Both the position numbers and the translations under genes were made by a program. Positions 9,462-18,138 of a DNA stretch of 64,000 bases are shown piece by piece. The notes beneath the pieces are model-generated. The model was not told where the DNA came from. It did no database searches and saw nothing but the letters and a program-made list of their open reading frames with translations. Location of the stretch: positions 1,166-65,165 of the forward strand of contig CAIXFY010000004.1 of the NCBI GenBank assembly GCA_903918885.1. Reading direction: 5' to 3'. This stretch comes from an uncultured Verrucomicrobia subdivision 3 bacterium. Its GTDB lineage: Bacteria > Verrucomicrobiota > Verrucomicrobiia > Limisphaerales > UBA11358. Each line of letters opens with the position of its first letter. Positions within the stretch are counted from its first letter, which is position 1.

Positions 9462-11330
9462 ATGGACATCGCCCCGCTCAAAACTTTACTGCTGAAAGGC
9501 GACCTGGAATTCTGGGCGCAATTGCAATCGCGCACGCGCGCGGCGGTGGATTTTGAGGAATTATTTCTGCTTTCGTCGCTCCGCAAAAAGGCGCACGCGC
9601 GCAAGCTGACACGACCCAAACCGCCGAAAGAAAAACTTCGGCTCGCCATCATCGGCGGTTGCAGTTTGTATCCGCTGCACGAACTCGTCGAGCACCTGTG
9701 TGAAGTGGAAAATTTTCCGGTCGAACTTTGGCAGGGCGATTACGACAATTATCTTTCCGAAATCATGGACGACGCCAGCGGGCTTTATGCGTTCGCACCC
9801 AACGTCGTTTTCCTACTGCCCGCCGAGCGCCGCTGTTTTTACACTGGCAAACTCACCGACCCGCGCGAACACGTGCAGGCCGAAGCGCAGCGCGTGGTGG
9901 ATTCCCTTTTGGAACTTGCGCGCAAGGTCAACGGGCAGACCGGCGCGGAAGTCATCACCACTAACTTCATGCTACCCGTGCGCCACGATCTCGGCGCGTT
10001 CCGTTCGCGCACGCTCGGCTCGGACTGGTCGTTTCGCAAATGGGTAAACCTCGAACTCGGCCTGAACGCCCCGTCATTCCTGCATATTTGCGATTGGGAG
10101 TTTTTGGCGAATCGAATTGGCGGCCTCGCTGCGCGCGACGAACGTTCGTGGTTTGAAAGCAAACAGCCGTGTTCCTCCGCATTACTTGTGGAACTCGCGC
10201 GCGAAGTTGCGCAGTTGATTTTTTCCCTGAAACGCGCGCCAAAAAAAGTTTTGGTTCTCGATTTGGACAATACGCTTTGGGGCGGCGTGGTGGCGGATGA
10301 TGGTTTGGAAGGCATCGAACTTGGCGACACCTCGCCGCGCGGCGAGGCGTTCAAGGCGTTTCAAAAATACATCGCCGCGCTTAAGCCGCGTGGCGTATTG
10401 CTGGCCGTGTGCAGCAAAAATGATTTTGCCAAAGCCGCCGAGCCGTTTGAAAAACATCCCGACATGGTTTTGAAAATGGAGGACATCGTTTCCTTCAAGG
10501 CGAATTGGGAGCCGAAGTCGGAAAATATCCGGGCGATGGCGGCGGAATTAAATCTTGGCCTCGACAGTTTTGTTTTTGTGGACGACAACCCGGCGGAGAT
10601 TGAGATCGTCCGCCAGTTTGTTCCGGAAGTGACGACGATTTTGCTCGGGCCGGACCCGGCGGATTATGTCGCGCAACTCGCCGACTGCCGGTTGTTTGAA
10701 CCGCGCAATATCACGGGCGAAGACGCCGAGCGCACACAGCAGTATCGTTCCGACGTGCAGCGAAAAAATCTGGAGGCGAGTGTCACGGACATGGCGTCGT
10801 ATCTCGAATCGCTGCAAATGGCGGCGGTCATCAGCGAGTTCACGCCGGTGGATGTGCCGCGCCTGTCGCAGCTTATCAACAAGAGCAACCAGTTCAACCT
10901 CACCACGCGCCGCCGCAGCGAGGCGGAAGTCAGTGCGGTGATGAATGATAAAAATTTCATCGGCTATTCCGTGCGGCTCAAAGACAAGTTTGGCGACCAC
11001 GGTTTGATTTCCATCGTTATCGGGGAAAAATCCGGCGACATGTTGCAGGTGGACACTTGGCTGATGAGCTGTCGCGTGCTTAAGCGCGGCGTGGAAGAGG
11101 AAGTGTTGAACGAGTTGGTCCGGCTGGCAAAATCAAAAAATTGTTTGCGACTTGAAGGGGCTTTTCTGCCGACGCCGAAGAACGAAATGGTGCGTGATTT
11201 CTACCTGCGGATGGGATTTACTTTGACCGCCGAATCGGAAACGAAACGTGAATTTGAACTGCGGCTGGAAAATTTTCTGCCCGTGCCAACGAAAATTAAA
11301 ATCATCCGCCGCGCCTATGAATCAAGCTGA
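9462..11330 (+). CDS. FkbH-like HAD-IIIC phosphatase domain protein with C-terminal GNAT-like domain
   Basis: HAD nucleophile motif VLVLDLDNTLWGG, then AVCSKND and FVDDNPAE. The C-terminal acyltransferase-like region carries WLMSCRVLKRGVEEE. The N-terminal domain of about 250 aa is typical of FkbH-like proteins in glycan loci. Confidence 0.8.
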   Translation: MDIAPLKTLLLKGDLEFWAQLQSRTRAAVDFEELFLLSSLRKKAHARKLTRPKPPKEKLRLAIIGGCSLYPLHELVEHLCEVENFPVELWQGDYDNYLSEIMDDASGLYAFAPNVVFLLPAERRCFYTGKLTDPREHVQAEAQRVVDSLLELARKVNGQTGAEVITTNFMLPVRHDLGAFRSRTLGSDWSFRKWVNLELGLNAPSFLHICDWEFLANRIGGLAARDERSWFESKQPCSSALLVELAREVAQLIFSLKRAPKKVLVLDLDNTLWGGVVADDGLEGIELGDTSPRGEAFKAFQKYIAALKPRGVLLAVCSKNDFAKAAEPFEKHPDMVLKMEDIVSFKANWEPKSENIRAMAAELNLGLDSFVFVDDNPAEIEIVRQFVPEVTTILLGPDPADYVAQLADCRLFEPRNITGEDAERTQQYRSDVQRKNLEASVTDMASYLESLQMAAVISEFTPVDVPRLSQLINKSNQFNLTTRRRSEAEVSAVMNDKNFIGYSVRLKDKFGDHGLISIVIGEKSGDMLQVDTWLMSCRVLKRGVEEEVLNELVRLAKSKNCLRLEGAFLPTPKNEMVRDFYLRMGFTLTAESETKREFELRLENFLPVPTKIKIIRRAYESS

Positions 11331-11562
11331 AGTCATCGCCCAGTTGCAGACCATTTTTGACACCGTGTTTCTGGAGCCGGTGGTGCTCACGCCCGCCATC
11401 AGCGCCAACGACGTGCCGGAATGGGATTCGCTTACGCACATCTCGCTGATGGTCGCGGTGGAGAAATCCTTCGGCGTCCGTTTTCGCGTCGGCGAGGTGG
11501 AAAATGCCAAGAACGTCGGAGAATTCGCGGAGCTCATTCTCAAGCGCAAACAGGAAGCATGA
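11317..11562 (+). CDS. Acyl/peptidyl carrier protein
   Basis: 81 aa with a phosphopantetheine-site-like motif VPEWDSLTHISLMVAVE. It overlaps the FkbH-like stop by 14 nt. Confidence 0.8.
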   Translation: MNQAEVIAQLQTIFDTVFLEPVVLTPAISANDVPEWDSLTHISLMVAVEKSFGVRFRVGEVENAKNVGEFAELILKRKQEA

Positions 11563-12668
11563 TGCGCCCGGCATTCGGCTCAAACAAGTCCGCTGCAGCC
11601 TTTGCGCTGTTGCTGCTGCTCTTGCTCCTCTCGCCGGTGTTGGTCGGGAAAAATTTTCTGCCGCCGCGCGAGCAAAGTTATTCCGTGCAGGCCTGGGGCA
11701 ACGGTCCGTATCCGTGGATTCGCAACCAGATTTTCGAGGAGACCAACGCGATTGACATCGCGTTCATGGGGTCGTCGCACATCTTCAACGCTATCAACAC
11801 GCCGCAGGTGCAGGCGGAGCTTTCCAAAAAGCTTGGGCGACCGGCGGTGGTGTGCACCATCGCGTGGGGCGGCGCTGGCTACGACGGCTTGTATTTCATC
11901 GCGCAGGATTTGCTGGCGCATCGCCGGGTGCGGATGATGGTCTTCTACGATGAAGATCCGGGTGTCGGCGCCCGCAACTCGGCGTCGGTCTCGTGGTTCC
12001 GCTGGGCGGATGACGCCGCCGCGTTGGGCGGATTGCCATTGCCCGAGCAGGCGTTGTTTTACTTCGCGTCCATTGTGGGAATGCCCCGAAACTTGTTGTG
12101 TGCACTACGCCCAAATCTGCCGGCACCACTCATCACGGATAAAAAAAATTACTGGGAAACGATTGCGGATGCGCCCAATCCCGTCACGCAGCTCGGGGCG
12201 TTATCGTATGGCAAGGGATTTGCGCCCACGCCGATGGCCGCCGCCGCACCCTTTGAGAAATTTATTCCCGATGTCGAGGCGACGCCGGTGGAGGTCGCGA
12301 TCTGGTCACCGGAAACCAAAACGAATTTTACTTTTTCCACCGCACCTGTTCCTGACTGGCAGACTCATTTTGCGCGGCAACTGGGGGAATTGTTTCGCAA
12401 CCACGATGTCCAGCCGGTGATGCTCCAGCTGCCGGTGCTGGCGGATGCGCGTGCGGCGGTGCTGGTGGAGCGCACGGATTGGACAAAAATATTTGGCGGC
12501 GATTTCAAATTGATCGGCATTCCCCCGACAAGCATGTTCGGTAGTCTGACGGACGGTGAAGTGCGCAAACTCTACGGCGACCCGTTTCATTTTAATCGCA
12601 ATGGTCAGGAATATTTTACCCGGCTCATTACTCCGGCGCTGCTGCAAATTTATGAAGCCCGCCATTGA
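11559..12668 (+). CDS. Membrane-anchored extracytoplasmic SGNH-like protein, DltD-like candidate O-acyltransferase
   Basis: N-terminal hydrophobic anchor AAAFALLLLLLLLSPVLVG, a Ser-block motif IAFMGSSHIF near the N-terminus and a D-x-x-H block (GDPFHFNRNG) near the C-terminus. The ATG overlaps the ACP stop (ATGATG). Confidence 0.55.
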   Translation: MMRPAFGSNKSAAAFALLLLLLLLSPVLVGKNFLPPREQSYSVQAWGNGPYPWIRNQIFEETNAIDIAFMGSSHIFNAINTPQVQAELSKKLGRPAVVCTIAWGGAGYDGLYFIAQDLLAHRRVRMMVFYDEDPGVGARNSASVSWFRWADDAAALGGLPLPEQALFYFASIVGMPRNLLCALRPNLPAPLITDKKNYWETIADAPNPVTQLGALSYGKGFAPTPMAAAAPFEKFIPDVEATPVEVAIWSPETKTNFTFSTAPVPDWQTHFARQLGELFRNHDVQPVMLQLPVLADARAAVLVERTDWTKIFGGDFKLIGIPPTSMFGSLTDGEVRKLYGDPFHFNRNGQEYFTRLITPALLQIYEARH

Positions 12669-12777
12669 ACGCCTCAGTTATGCACTCATCGTCGTGTTGG
12701 CTCTTGCCGCGCTGTGGCTGGTGTTTAATGCGCCGGCCAATTTCCTGAACGCCCGCGTGGTCTATCAGGGCTTCTGA
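12652..12777 (+). CDS. 41-aa single-pass membrane peptide, DltX-like (not in the ORF track as a separate gene)
   Basis: MKPAIERLSYALIVVLALAALWLVFNAPANFLNARVVYQGF has one transmembrane helix and the extreme C-terminus VVYQGF, resembling the DltX F-I-Y-N-E-F end. It overlaps the upstream stop by 17 nt and ends 2 nt before the MBOAT ATG. Confidence 0.55.
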   Translation: MKPAIERLSYALIVVLALAALWLVFNAPANFLNARVVYQGF

Positions 12778-12779
12778 CC

Positions 12780-13997
12780 ATGGAAACACCTTATCTGCTC
12801 CTCGGCCTACTGTCCTATGTCGTTCTTGGACGCCTGACGATGCGCCACCTCACGGGCGTGAGGCGCGAATCCGTTTTTGCCGCGCTGAACGTAACCAGCG
12901 TCTTCTTTTTCCTTTTTTACGGCGGCAAGGAGCATTTCGTTTTGCGCTTTATTATTTATCTGGCGCTCATCGTCGGGCTGTATCTCGTGCTGCGTTTGTT
13001 TGCCCAAAAGCGCGGCGCGTGGCCTTGGCTGGCGTTCGCCGCGCCCCTCGCGGCGCTCATCATCGTGCGCTATGTGCCGGGTGAATGGTATGTGGCGCTC
13101 GGCCACGCGCTGGGCAAAACGTGGCGTGGCGTGCCAAACATGATCGGTATTTCGTATCTTGCATACCGGTGCAGCCGGCTGGTGTTGGAAATTCGCAACG
13201 GCGTGGTGAAGCAACCCAATTTTCCAGAATATGTGAACTTCGCCTTTTTCCTACCCACGATGCCCGTGGGCCCGATTAACACCTACCAAAATTTCCGGCG
13301 CGGCTTCGTGGAAAAATACGACGTGCCGCTGGGGCGCGCGGCGTTGCGCATCCTCGTGGGCGCAGTCAAATATCAGTTCCTTGCCGGTCTTTGCAACCAA
13401 CTCACTTACTCCGGCCTGCTGCTCGACGATCATCCGCATCACTGGGTCGACTTGCCGGTGGCGATGCTGTTCTACTATTTGTTTTTGTATCTGAATTTTT
13501 CCGGTTTCTGCGACATGGCCATCGGTGCCGCCGCGCTGATGGGCATTCCCGTGCCGGAAAATTTCGACAATCCCTTCGCCGCGCGTAACGTGAAGGACTT
13601 CTGGAACCGCTGGCACATCACGCTCTCGGCGTGGATGCGCGACGTGTTTTTTTCGCCGCTCTCGAAGTATCTCGTCGGCAAAATGGGCATCCAACTTACC
13701 AACCACGCAGTCGCGTTGACCATCGCCATCGTCTTCCTGCTGGTTGGCATTTGGCACGGTGCAGGATGGAACTTTGCGGCTTACGGTGCGGTGCATGCGC
13801 TTGGCGTGGTGGCAAACCACTACTACACGGTTTTCCTGAAGAAAAAACTGGGGCGTGAAAAATTCAAGGCCTATAACGAAAACCGCTGGATTCGTGCCGC
13901 CGCCGCCGCGGGCACATTCTGCTACTGCGGTGCGAGCTTGATTTTCTTTGCCAACACGTTTCCGCAAATCAAAGATATTTTCTCCAACCTGCAATGA
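12780..13997 (+). CDS. MBOAT-family membrane O-acyltransferase (DltB/AlgI-like)
   Basis: FWNRWHITLSAWMRDVFFSPL and the conserved-His region VGIWHGAGWNF. About 10 transmembrane helices. Confidence 0.9.
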   Translation: METPYLLLGLLSYVVLGRLTMRHLTGVRRESVFAALNVTSVFFFLFYGGKEHFVLRFIIYLALIVGLYLVLRLFAQKRGAWPWLAFAAPLAALIIVRYVPGEWYVALGHALGKTWRGVPNMIGISYLAYRCSRLVLEIRNGVVKQPNFPEYVNFAFFLPTMPVGPINTYQNFRRGFVEKYDVPLGRAALRILVGAVKYQFLAGLCNQLTYSGLLLDDHPHHWVDLPVAMLFYYLFLYLNFSGFCDMAIGAAALMGIPVPENFDNPFAARNVKDFWNRWHITLSAWMRDVFFSPLSKYLVGKMGIQLTNHAVALTIAIVFLLVGIWHGAGWNFAAYGAVHALGVVANHYYTVFLKKKLGREKFKAYNENRWIRAAAAAGTFCYCGASLIFFANTFPQIKDIFSNLQ

Positions 13998-14410
13998 ACT
14001 CGCATCTGACATTTCACCATTTCGGCCTCGCCGTGCGCCGGCCAGCCGAGGCGCGTAAATTTGTTGCCCGTCTTGACTACGTGATGGGCGAATCCGTCTT
14101 TGACCCGGCGCAGAACGTGCATCTCCAGCTCTGCACGCACACCGCACATCCGGCGGTGGAAATAATCTGGCCCGGCGATACCGCCGGCCCGGTGGACAAG
14201 TTCGTTCAGCGCCACGCCTCCGGCATCATTTATCATTTGTGTTATGAGACGGATAATCTCACTGCCGCGCTCGCGGGATTGGAGGCTGCGGGATTGCGCC
14301 CGATGTGTGTTTCACCTGCCACGCCCGCGCTGCTGTTCGAAGGACGCATGGTTTCGTTTTACAACGTTGTCGGCATCGGGTTGGTGGAAATATTAGCGGC
14401 GTCACATTGA
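13994..14410 (+). CDS. VOC-superfamily protein (glyoxalase I / methylmalonyl-CoA epimerase-like)
   Basis: 138 aa. The N-terminal FHHFGLAV motif is typical of VOC metal-binding modules. The ATG overlaps the MBOAT stop (ATGA). Confidence 0.65.
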   Translation: MNSHLTFHHFGLAVRRPAEARKFVARLDYVMGESVFDPAQNVHLQLCTHTAHPAVEIIWPGDTAGPVDKFVQRHASGIIYHLCYETDNLTAALAGLEAAGLRPMCVSPATPALLFEGRMVSFYNVVGIGLVEILAASH

Positions 14411-14504
14411 GCCAAAAATTGAACAGTGAAAGGCATAGCGACTGCGTGCAGTGTTTTTCACTTTCCCGCTTGGGTTTGATATGCGTGCCCCTTTGCGTCG
14501 AAAA

Positions 14505-15779
14505 TTATTTTGCCGCCGATAAATTATGCGCGGCCAGCCATTGTTTGATGGGCTGGAGATCGACGGTGAAACGATAATCGTAACTGGCGGAGATGATTAG
14601 GGGATGCCAGTTGAAACCCACCACTTGGGAAATCCACTCGAGATAGCCATCCAGCCCAAACTCCACTGGCATGATGGCCATGACCTCGCAGCCGGGCTTG
14701 CAGAAAATGCAATTGGTGAATCCGCTGCCAAACATGCCAGCGACGGCGTCTGCCTCGGAAAATAATTTGATTTGTTGAGCGAATGAAAGTTGCATCACGT
14801 CCACGACCGTCCAGCCGTGGTCGGTGAAACATTTTTCCAGTTCCAGCCGGTTCAGCGGCTCGCGCGACAATCCCAAGCGCTGGAGATAAATCTTCTTGGG
14901 GCCGGAATAAGTCGCGTCCCGTTTCGGTAAAAAAGTCCGGCGGAGAAAATCCATGCCATAGGGATTGTAGCCTTGCAGCATCGTGGTGAAGGAACTGAAG
15001 TAGTAATTTTCCACATGCAGATGCCGCTCCGTGACCGGCCGGCAGCGTTCCCGCAGGCCCATGAGTTCCAGCGCCTCCATTTCGTTCCGGTGCAATCGTG
15101 GCGGGATTAAGATGTGGGTGTCGGCCGGAAATTCCGTAAGAAGCGCCAGCCGCGGCAGGGCATCCAGCAGCCAGTGGGTGTAATTCGGATAGGCGTTGAG
15201 ATTGGCGGGCGTCCAGCGGGAAACGATGCTCGTCCAATTTCCCTGCAAGCGCACCGGCGGCGGCAGTCGAAGATAGCGGGCGGACGGATCTTGCCACCAG
15301 CGGCCCGGCCCATAGGCGGATTCGATGCAAAGCTGTTTTTTTTCCAACATCAACCCAAGGCTCTCCGCGACCAACCGCACTTCCGAATGTTGGCTCCAAA
15401 AAATGGGCCAAGGCTGTTCCTTGTGCTGATAATATCCGCCTCTGGCCATCAGTGAATCCTCCGCGACCGCCGGGCAGCCTTGGTCATGCAGCACAATTTT
15501 CCCTGGGATTTTTGGGGAGCTCGTGCGCAGGGCTTGATAGACGGAATACGTTCGTGCTGGCGGGCCAAAATTTTCACGGTCACGCCAGACGTGTCGCCAA
15601 AAAACCAAGAATGCTTCCCAGAATCCCGCCGCAAGTGTCGCTTGCAACCATTTGACCACGGCATGCCCGGTTCGCCAATGTCGCAGTTTGAAAGCGACTC
15701 GGGATTTTATTTTTTGCAGCGATTGCACGGTAAGAAAAATAAAGGTCGGAAACCAAAGTTCAAAGTTCAAACTGCGCAT
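14505..15779 (-). CDS. GT61/DUF563-family glycosyltransferase
   Basis: THWLLDALPRLALL and the C-terminal region GMFGSGFTNCIFCKPG are typical of DUF563 capsular-type glycosyltransferases. Confidence 0.7.
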   Translation of the reverse strand: MRSLNFELWFPTFIFLTVQSLQKIKSRVAFKLRHWRTGHAVVKWLQATLAAGFWEAFLVFWRHVWRDRENFGPPARTYSVYQALRTSSPKIPGKIVLHDQGCPAVAEDSLMARGGYYQHKEQPWPIFWSQHSEVRLVAESLGLMLEKKQLCIESAYGPGRWWQDPSARYLRLPPPVRLQGNWTSIVSRWTPANLNAYPNYTHWLLDALPRLALLTEFPADTHILIPPRLHRNEMEALELMGLRERCRPVTERHLHVENYYFSSFTTMLQGYNPYGMDFLRRTFLPKRDATYSGPKKIYLQRLGLSREPLNRLELEKCFTDHGWTVVDVMQLSFAQQIKLFSEADAVAGMFGSGFTNCIFCKPGCEVMAIMPVEFGLDGYLEWISQVVGFNWHPLIISASYDYRFTVDLQPIKQWLAAHNLSAAK

Positions 15780-15916
15780 CAATTTTGCGCGTCGTCATCA
15801 CCGAGCAAGGTTTTTGCCCCTCAAGTTTCAGATTTCCTTTCCGGCTTTGGGTTGGCACGATGCATTTGACCATGAGTCGTTTTGCCGTAGCCCGCAAATT
15901 TCAGATTTAATTTTTA

Positions 15917-17284
15917 ATGCTGCACCACCTGCACCGATTTCGCCGCTGGGCGGGCGTGGACCGCGCGGTGTTTTTTTCCAACGCCGCGCAGGTCACGCGG
16001 CTGTTCACCGGCCCCATCACCATGGCGCTGGTGTTGCGTTATCTCACGCCGGAAATCCAAGGTTATTTTTACGCCTTTTCAGGCGTGGTGGCCATGCAGG
16101 TTTTTTTGGAAATGGGATTCTCGCAGAACATTCTCCAGTTCGCCTCCCATGAATACGCCAAGCTCCATTTCTCGCCGGCTGGAACGCTGGTGGGCGACCG
16201 CGTGGCGCAGTCGCGGTTGATTTCACTGGGGCGGCTGGCGTTTCGCTATTACGCCATCGCGGCCGGTATTTTTCTGGCGGCCATCGGCATTGGAGGCCAC
16301 ATTTTTTTTGCCAATTCCGGCCAACATGGAGTCGCTTGGCAAGGCGCGTGGTGGGTCATTGCCGTTACCGCCGCTGGTTCGCTGGCCATCAATCCCGCTT
16401 GGTCATTACTGCAGGGCTGCAATCAGGTGGCTGTGGTGGCCAAATTCAATTTCTGGGCGGCGCTGGCCACGTTTGGAGCCAACGCGCTGGCGTTGATTTG
16501 CGGCGCGGGGATATATGCGTCCGCTATCGGCGCGGCATTCAGTTTACTCTTAAATACGGCCTATTTGCTCTGGCGTTGGCGGTTTTTTTTCGGCCAGTTT
16601 CTGGAAATTCCGCAACATGGCGAGGTGTCGTGGCGTCATGAAATCTGGCCGTTCCAATGGCGCATTGCCGTGAGTTGGATGTCCGGTTACTTCGTCTTCG
16701 ACATCATCAATCCGATTGCGTTTTATTTTTGCGGGCCGGTGGCGGCTGGGCGGCTGGGTATGAGTCTGCAACTGGTTCGCATGATTGCCAATATCTCGCT
16801 GCAATGGATCAATACCAAAGGACCGCAGTTTGGCATGCTGGTCGCGCGCCGGGCGTGGACGGAACTGGACGCGCTCTGGCGACGGAGCACAATTCAGATG
16901 TTTGTATTTTACCTGCTGGGCTACGCGGCATTTCTGGCGGCCATTCCTTTTATCGGGCTGCTGCTGCCAAAAATTCCGGCGCGCTTGGCTTCCTTTGAAG
17001 TCAATGCATGGCTGGGCGGGGCACTCGTCACCCAAGTTTTGATTGGGGCGATGGCCATGGAACTGCGGGCGCACAAGCGGGAGCCGTTCATGTGGATGTC
17101 GGTCCTGAATGCAGTGTTGAGCGTCGCCTTTATGCTGCCTTTGACCTGGGCAGGCGGAGTGAGTGGCGAGGCCATGGGCTATGCGCTGGCGCTTTGGGCG
17201 GTTTTTGTTCCGAGTATTTTCATCTACCGGCGGAAGCGGATAGAGTATCGCATCCACGCCGACAGTTCGGCGGGAGCGAGCTAG
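15917..17284 (+). CDS. wzx: Polysaccharide flippase (Wzx / MOP superfamily)
   Basis: 455 aa with about 12 transmembrane helices. The N-terminal region has the layout of oligosaccharide flippases, and it lies within a glycan locus. Confidence 0.65.
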   Translation: MLHHLHRFRRWAGVDRAVFFSNAAQVTRLFTGPITMALVLRYLTPEIQGYFYAFSGVVAMQVFLEMGFSQNILQFASHEYAKLHFSPAGTLVGDRVAQSRLISLGRLAFRYYAIAAGIFLAAIGIGGHIFFANSGQHGVAWQGAWWVIAVTAAGSLAINPAWSLLQGCNQVAVVAKFNFWAALATFGANALALICGAGIYASAIGAAFSLLLNTAYLLWRWRFFFGQFLEIPQHGEVSWRHEIWPFQWRIAVSWMSGYFVFDIINPIAFYFCGPVAAGRLGMSLQLVRMIANISLQWINTKGPQFGMLVARRAWTELDALWRRSTIQMFVFYLLGYAAFLAAIPFIGLLLPKIPARLASFEVNAWLGGALVTQVLIGAMAMELRAHKREPFMWMSVLNAVLSVAFMLPLTWAGGVSGEAMGYALALWAVFVPSIFIYRRKRIEYRIHADSSAGAS

Positions 17285-17361
17285 TTATCTGGCGAGTTTT
17301 GCTAGCTTCAGGTTGCGAAACTTTATATTCATGTCTTCCGATCAAATAATATTTTCGTCAT

Positions 17362-18138
17362 ATGAGCGATCCAAGCAACTCTGTTGGCGTTGACGCCACA
17401 TGGGAAAATCCGCAAATAGTTTCAGAGCACATCGAGCCTCAATTTGCGAATGCCGCTTATCTTCATTATGCCGACTTGAACGAATTTATTAAAAAACAGG
17501 CGGCGGAATTACAGGCTTTGCCGTCTTATGTCTTGCTGGATTATGGAGCCGGGTCTGCTCCCTACAAAAAATATTTTTCCAAGGCCGATTACCGGAGTGC
17601 CGACATCGCGCCGTCACCTCGGCTGCATTATGTTATCCGGCCTGATTCGACGGTTCCAGAAGCGGATGCTTCGTTTGATGTCATTATTTCCACGCAGGTT
17701 GCCGAGCATGTCCGCAATCCTAGTGTTTATTTCAAAGAATGTTTTCGCTTACTCAAGCCCGGCGGCCGGCTGATTCTTACCACTCATGGCATCTGGGAGG
17801 AACACGGCAGCCCTTATGATTTTCAACGGTGGACAGATGAAGGCATCAAGCGAGATCTGACTGCCGCCGGCTTCCCGCCGCCGTCCCTATTCAAATTAAC
17901 TTGCGGTGTCCGTGCGGCCGTTTTGTTTTTTACAAGAACTCTTTTTGATTGCCGCGCTCCGGAAAATCGGTTCAAAAGAATATGCTTCAAGGCATTCCGA
18001 TTTTCTTACAGCCGGATCTTTAGCCGGCTGCACCGGCTTTTAGACAACTGGTTTCCTCAAGATCGCGTTGTCCGGGTGGATGTCGCCGCCTACAACCCCG
18101 TTTTTTACGTTGTCATAGCTGCGGTCGCCAAAAAATAA
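17362..18138 (+). CDS. Class I SAM-dependent methyltransferase
   Basis: VLLDYGAGSAPY (motif I) and LKPGGRLILTTHG (post-II). Confidence 0.75.
   Translation: MSDPSNSVGVDATWENPQIVSEHIEPQFANAAYLHYADLNEFIKKQAAELQALPSYVLLDYGAGSAPYKKYFSKADYRSADIAPSPRLHYVIRPDSTVPEADASFDVIISTQVAEHVRNPSVYFKECFRLLKPGGRLILTTHGIWEEHGSPYDFQRWTDEGIKRDLTAAGFPPPSLFKLTCGVRAAVLFFTRTLFDCRAPENRFKRICFKAFRFSYSRIFSRLHRLLDNWFPQDRVVRVDVAAYNPVFYVVIAAVAKK

Noticed and set aside
13251-14147. 298-aa ORF on the - strand
   Set aside because: It is antisense to the MBOAT and VOC genes. The translation is Arg/Gly/His-rich.
14411-14504. AGTGAAA ... TTTCACT inverted repeat as a bidirectional terminator between convergent genes
   Set aside because: The stem is only 7 bp with a loop of more than 20 nt and no flanking T-tract. 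That is too weak to call.
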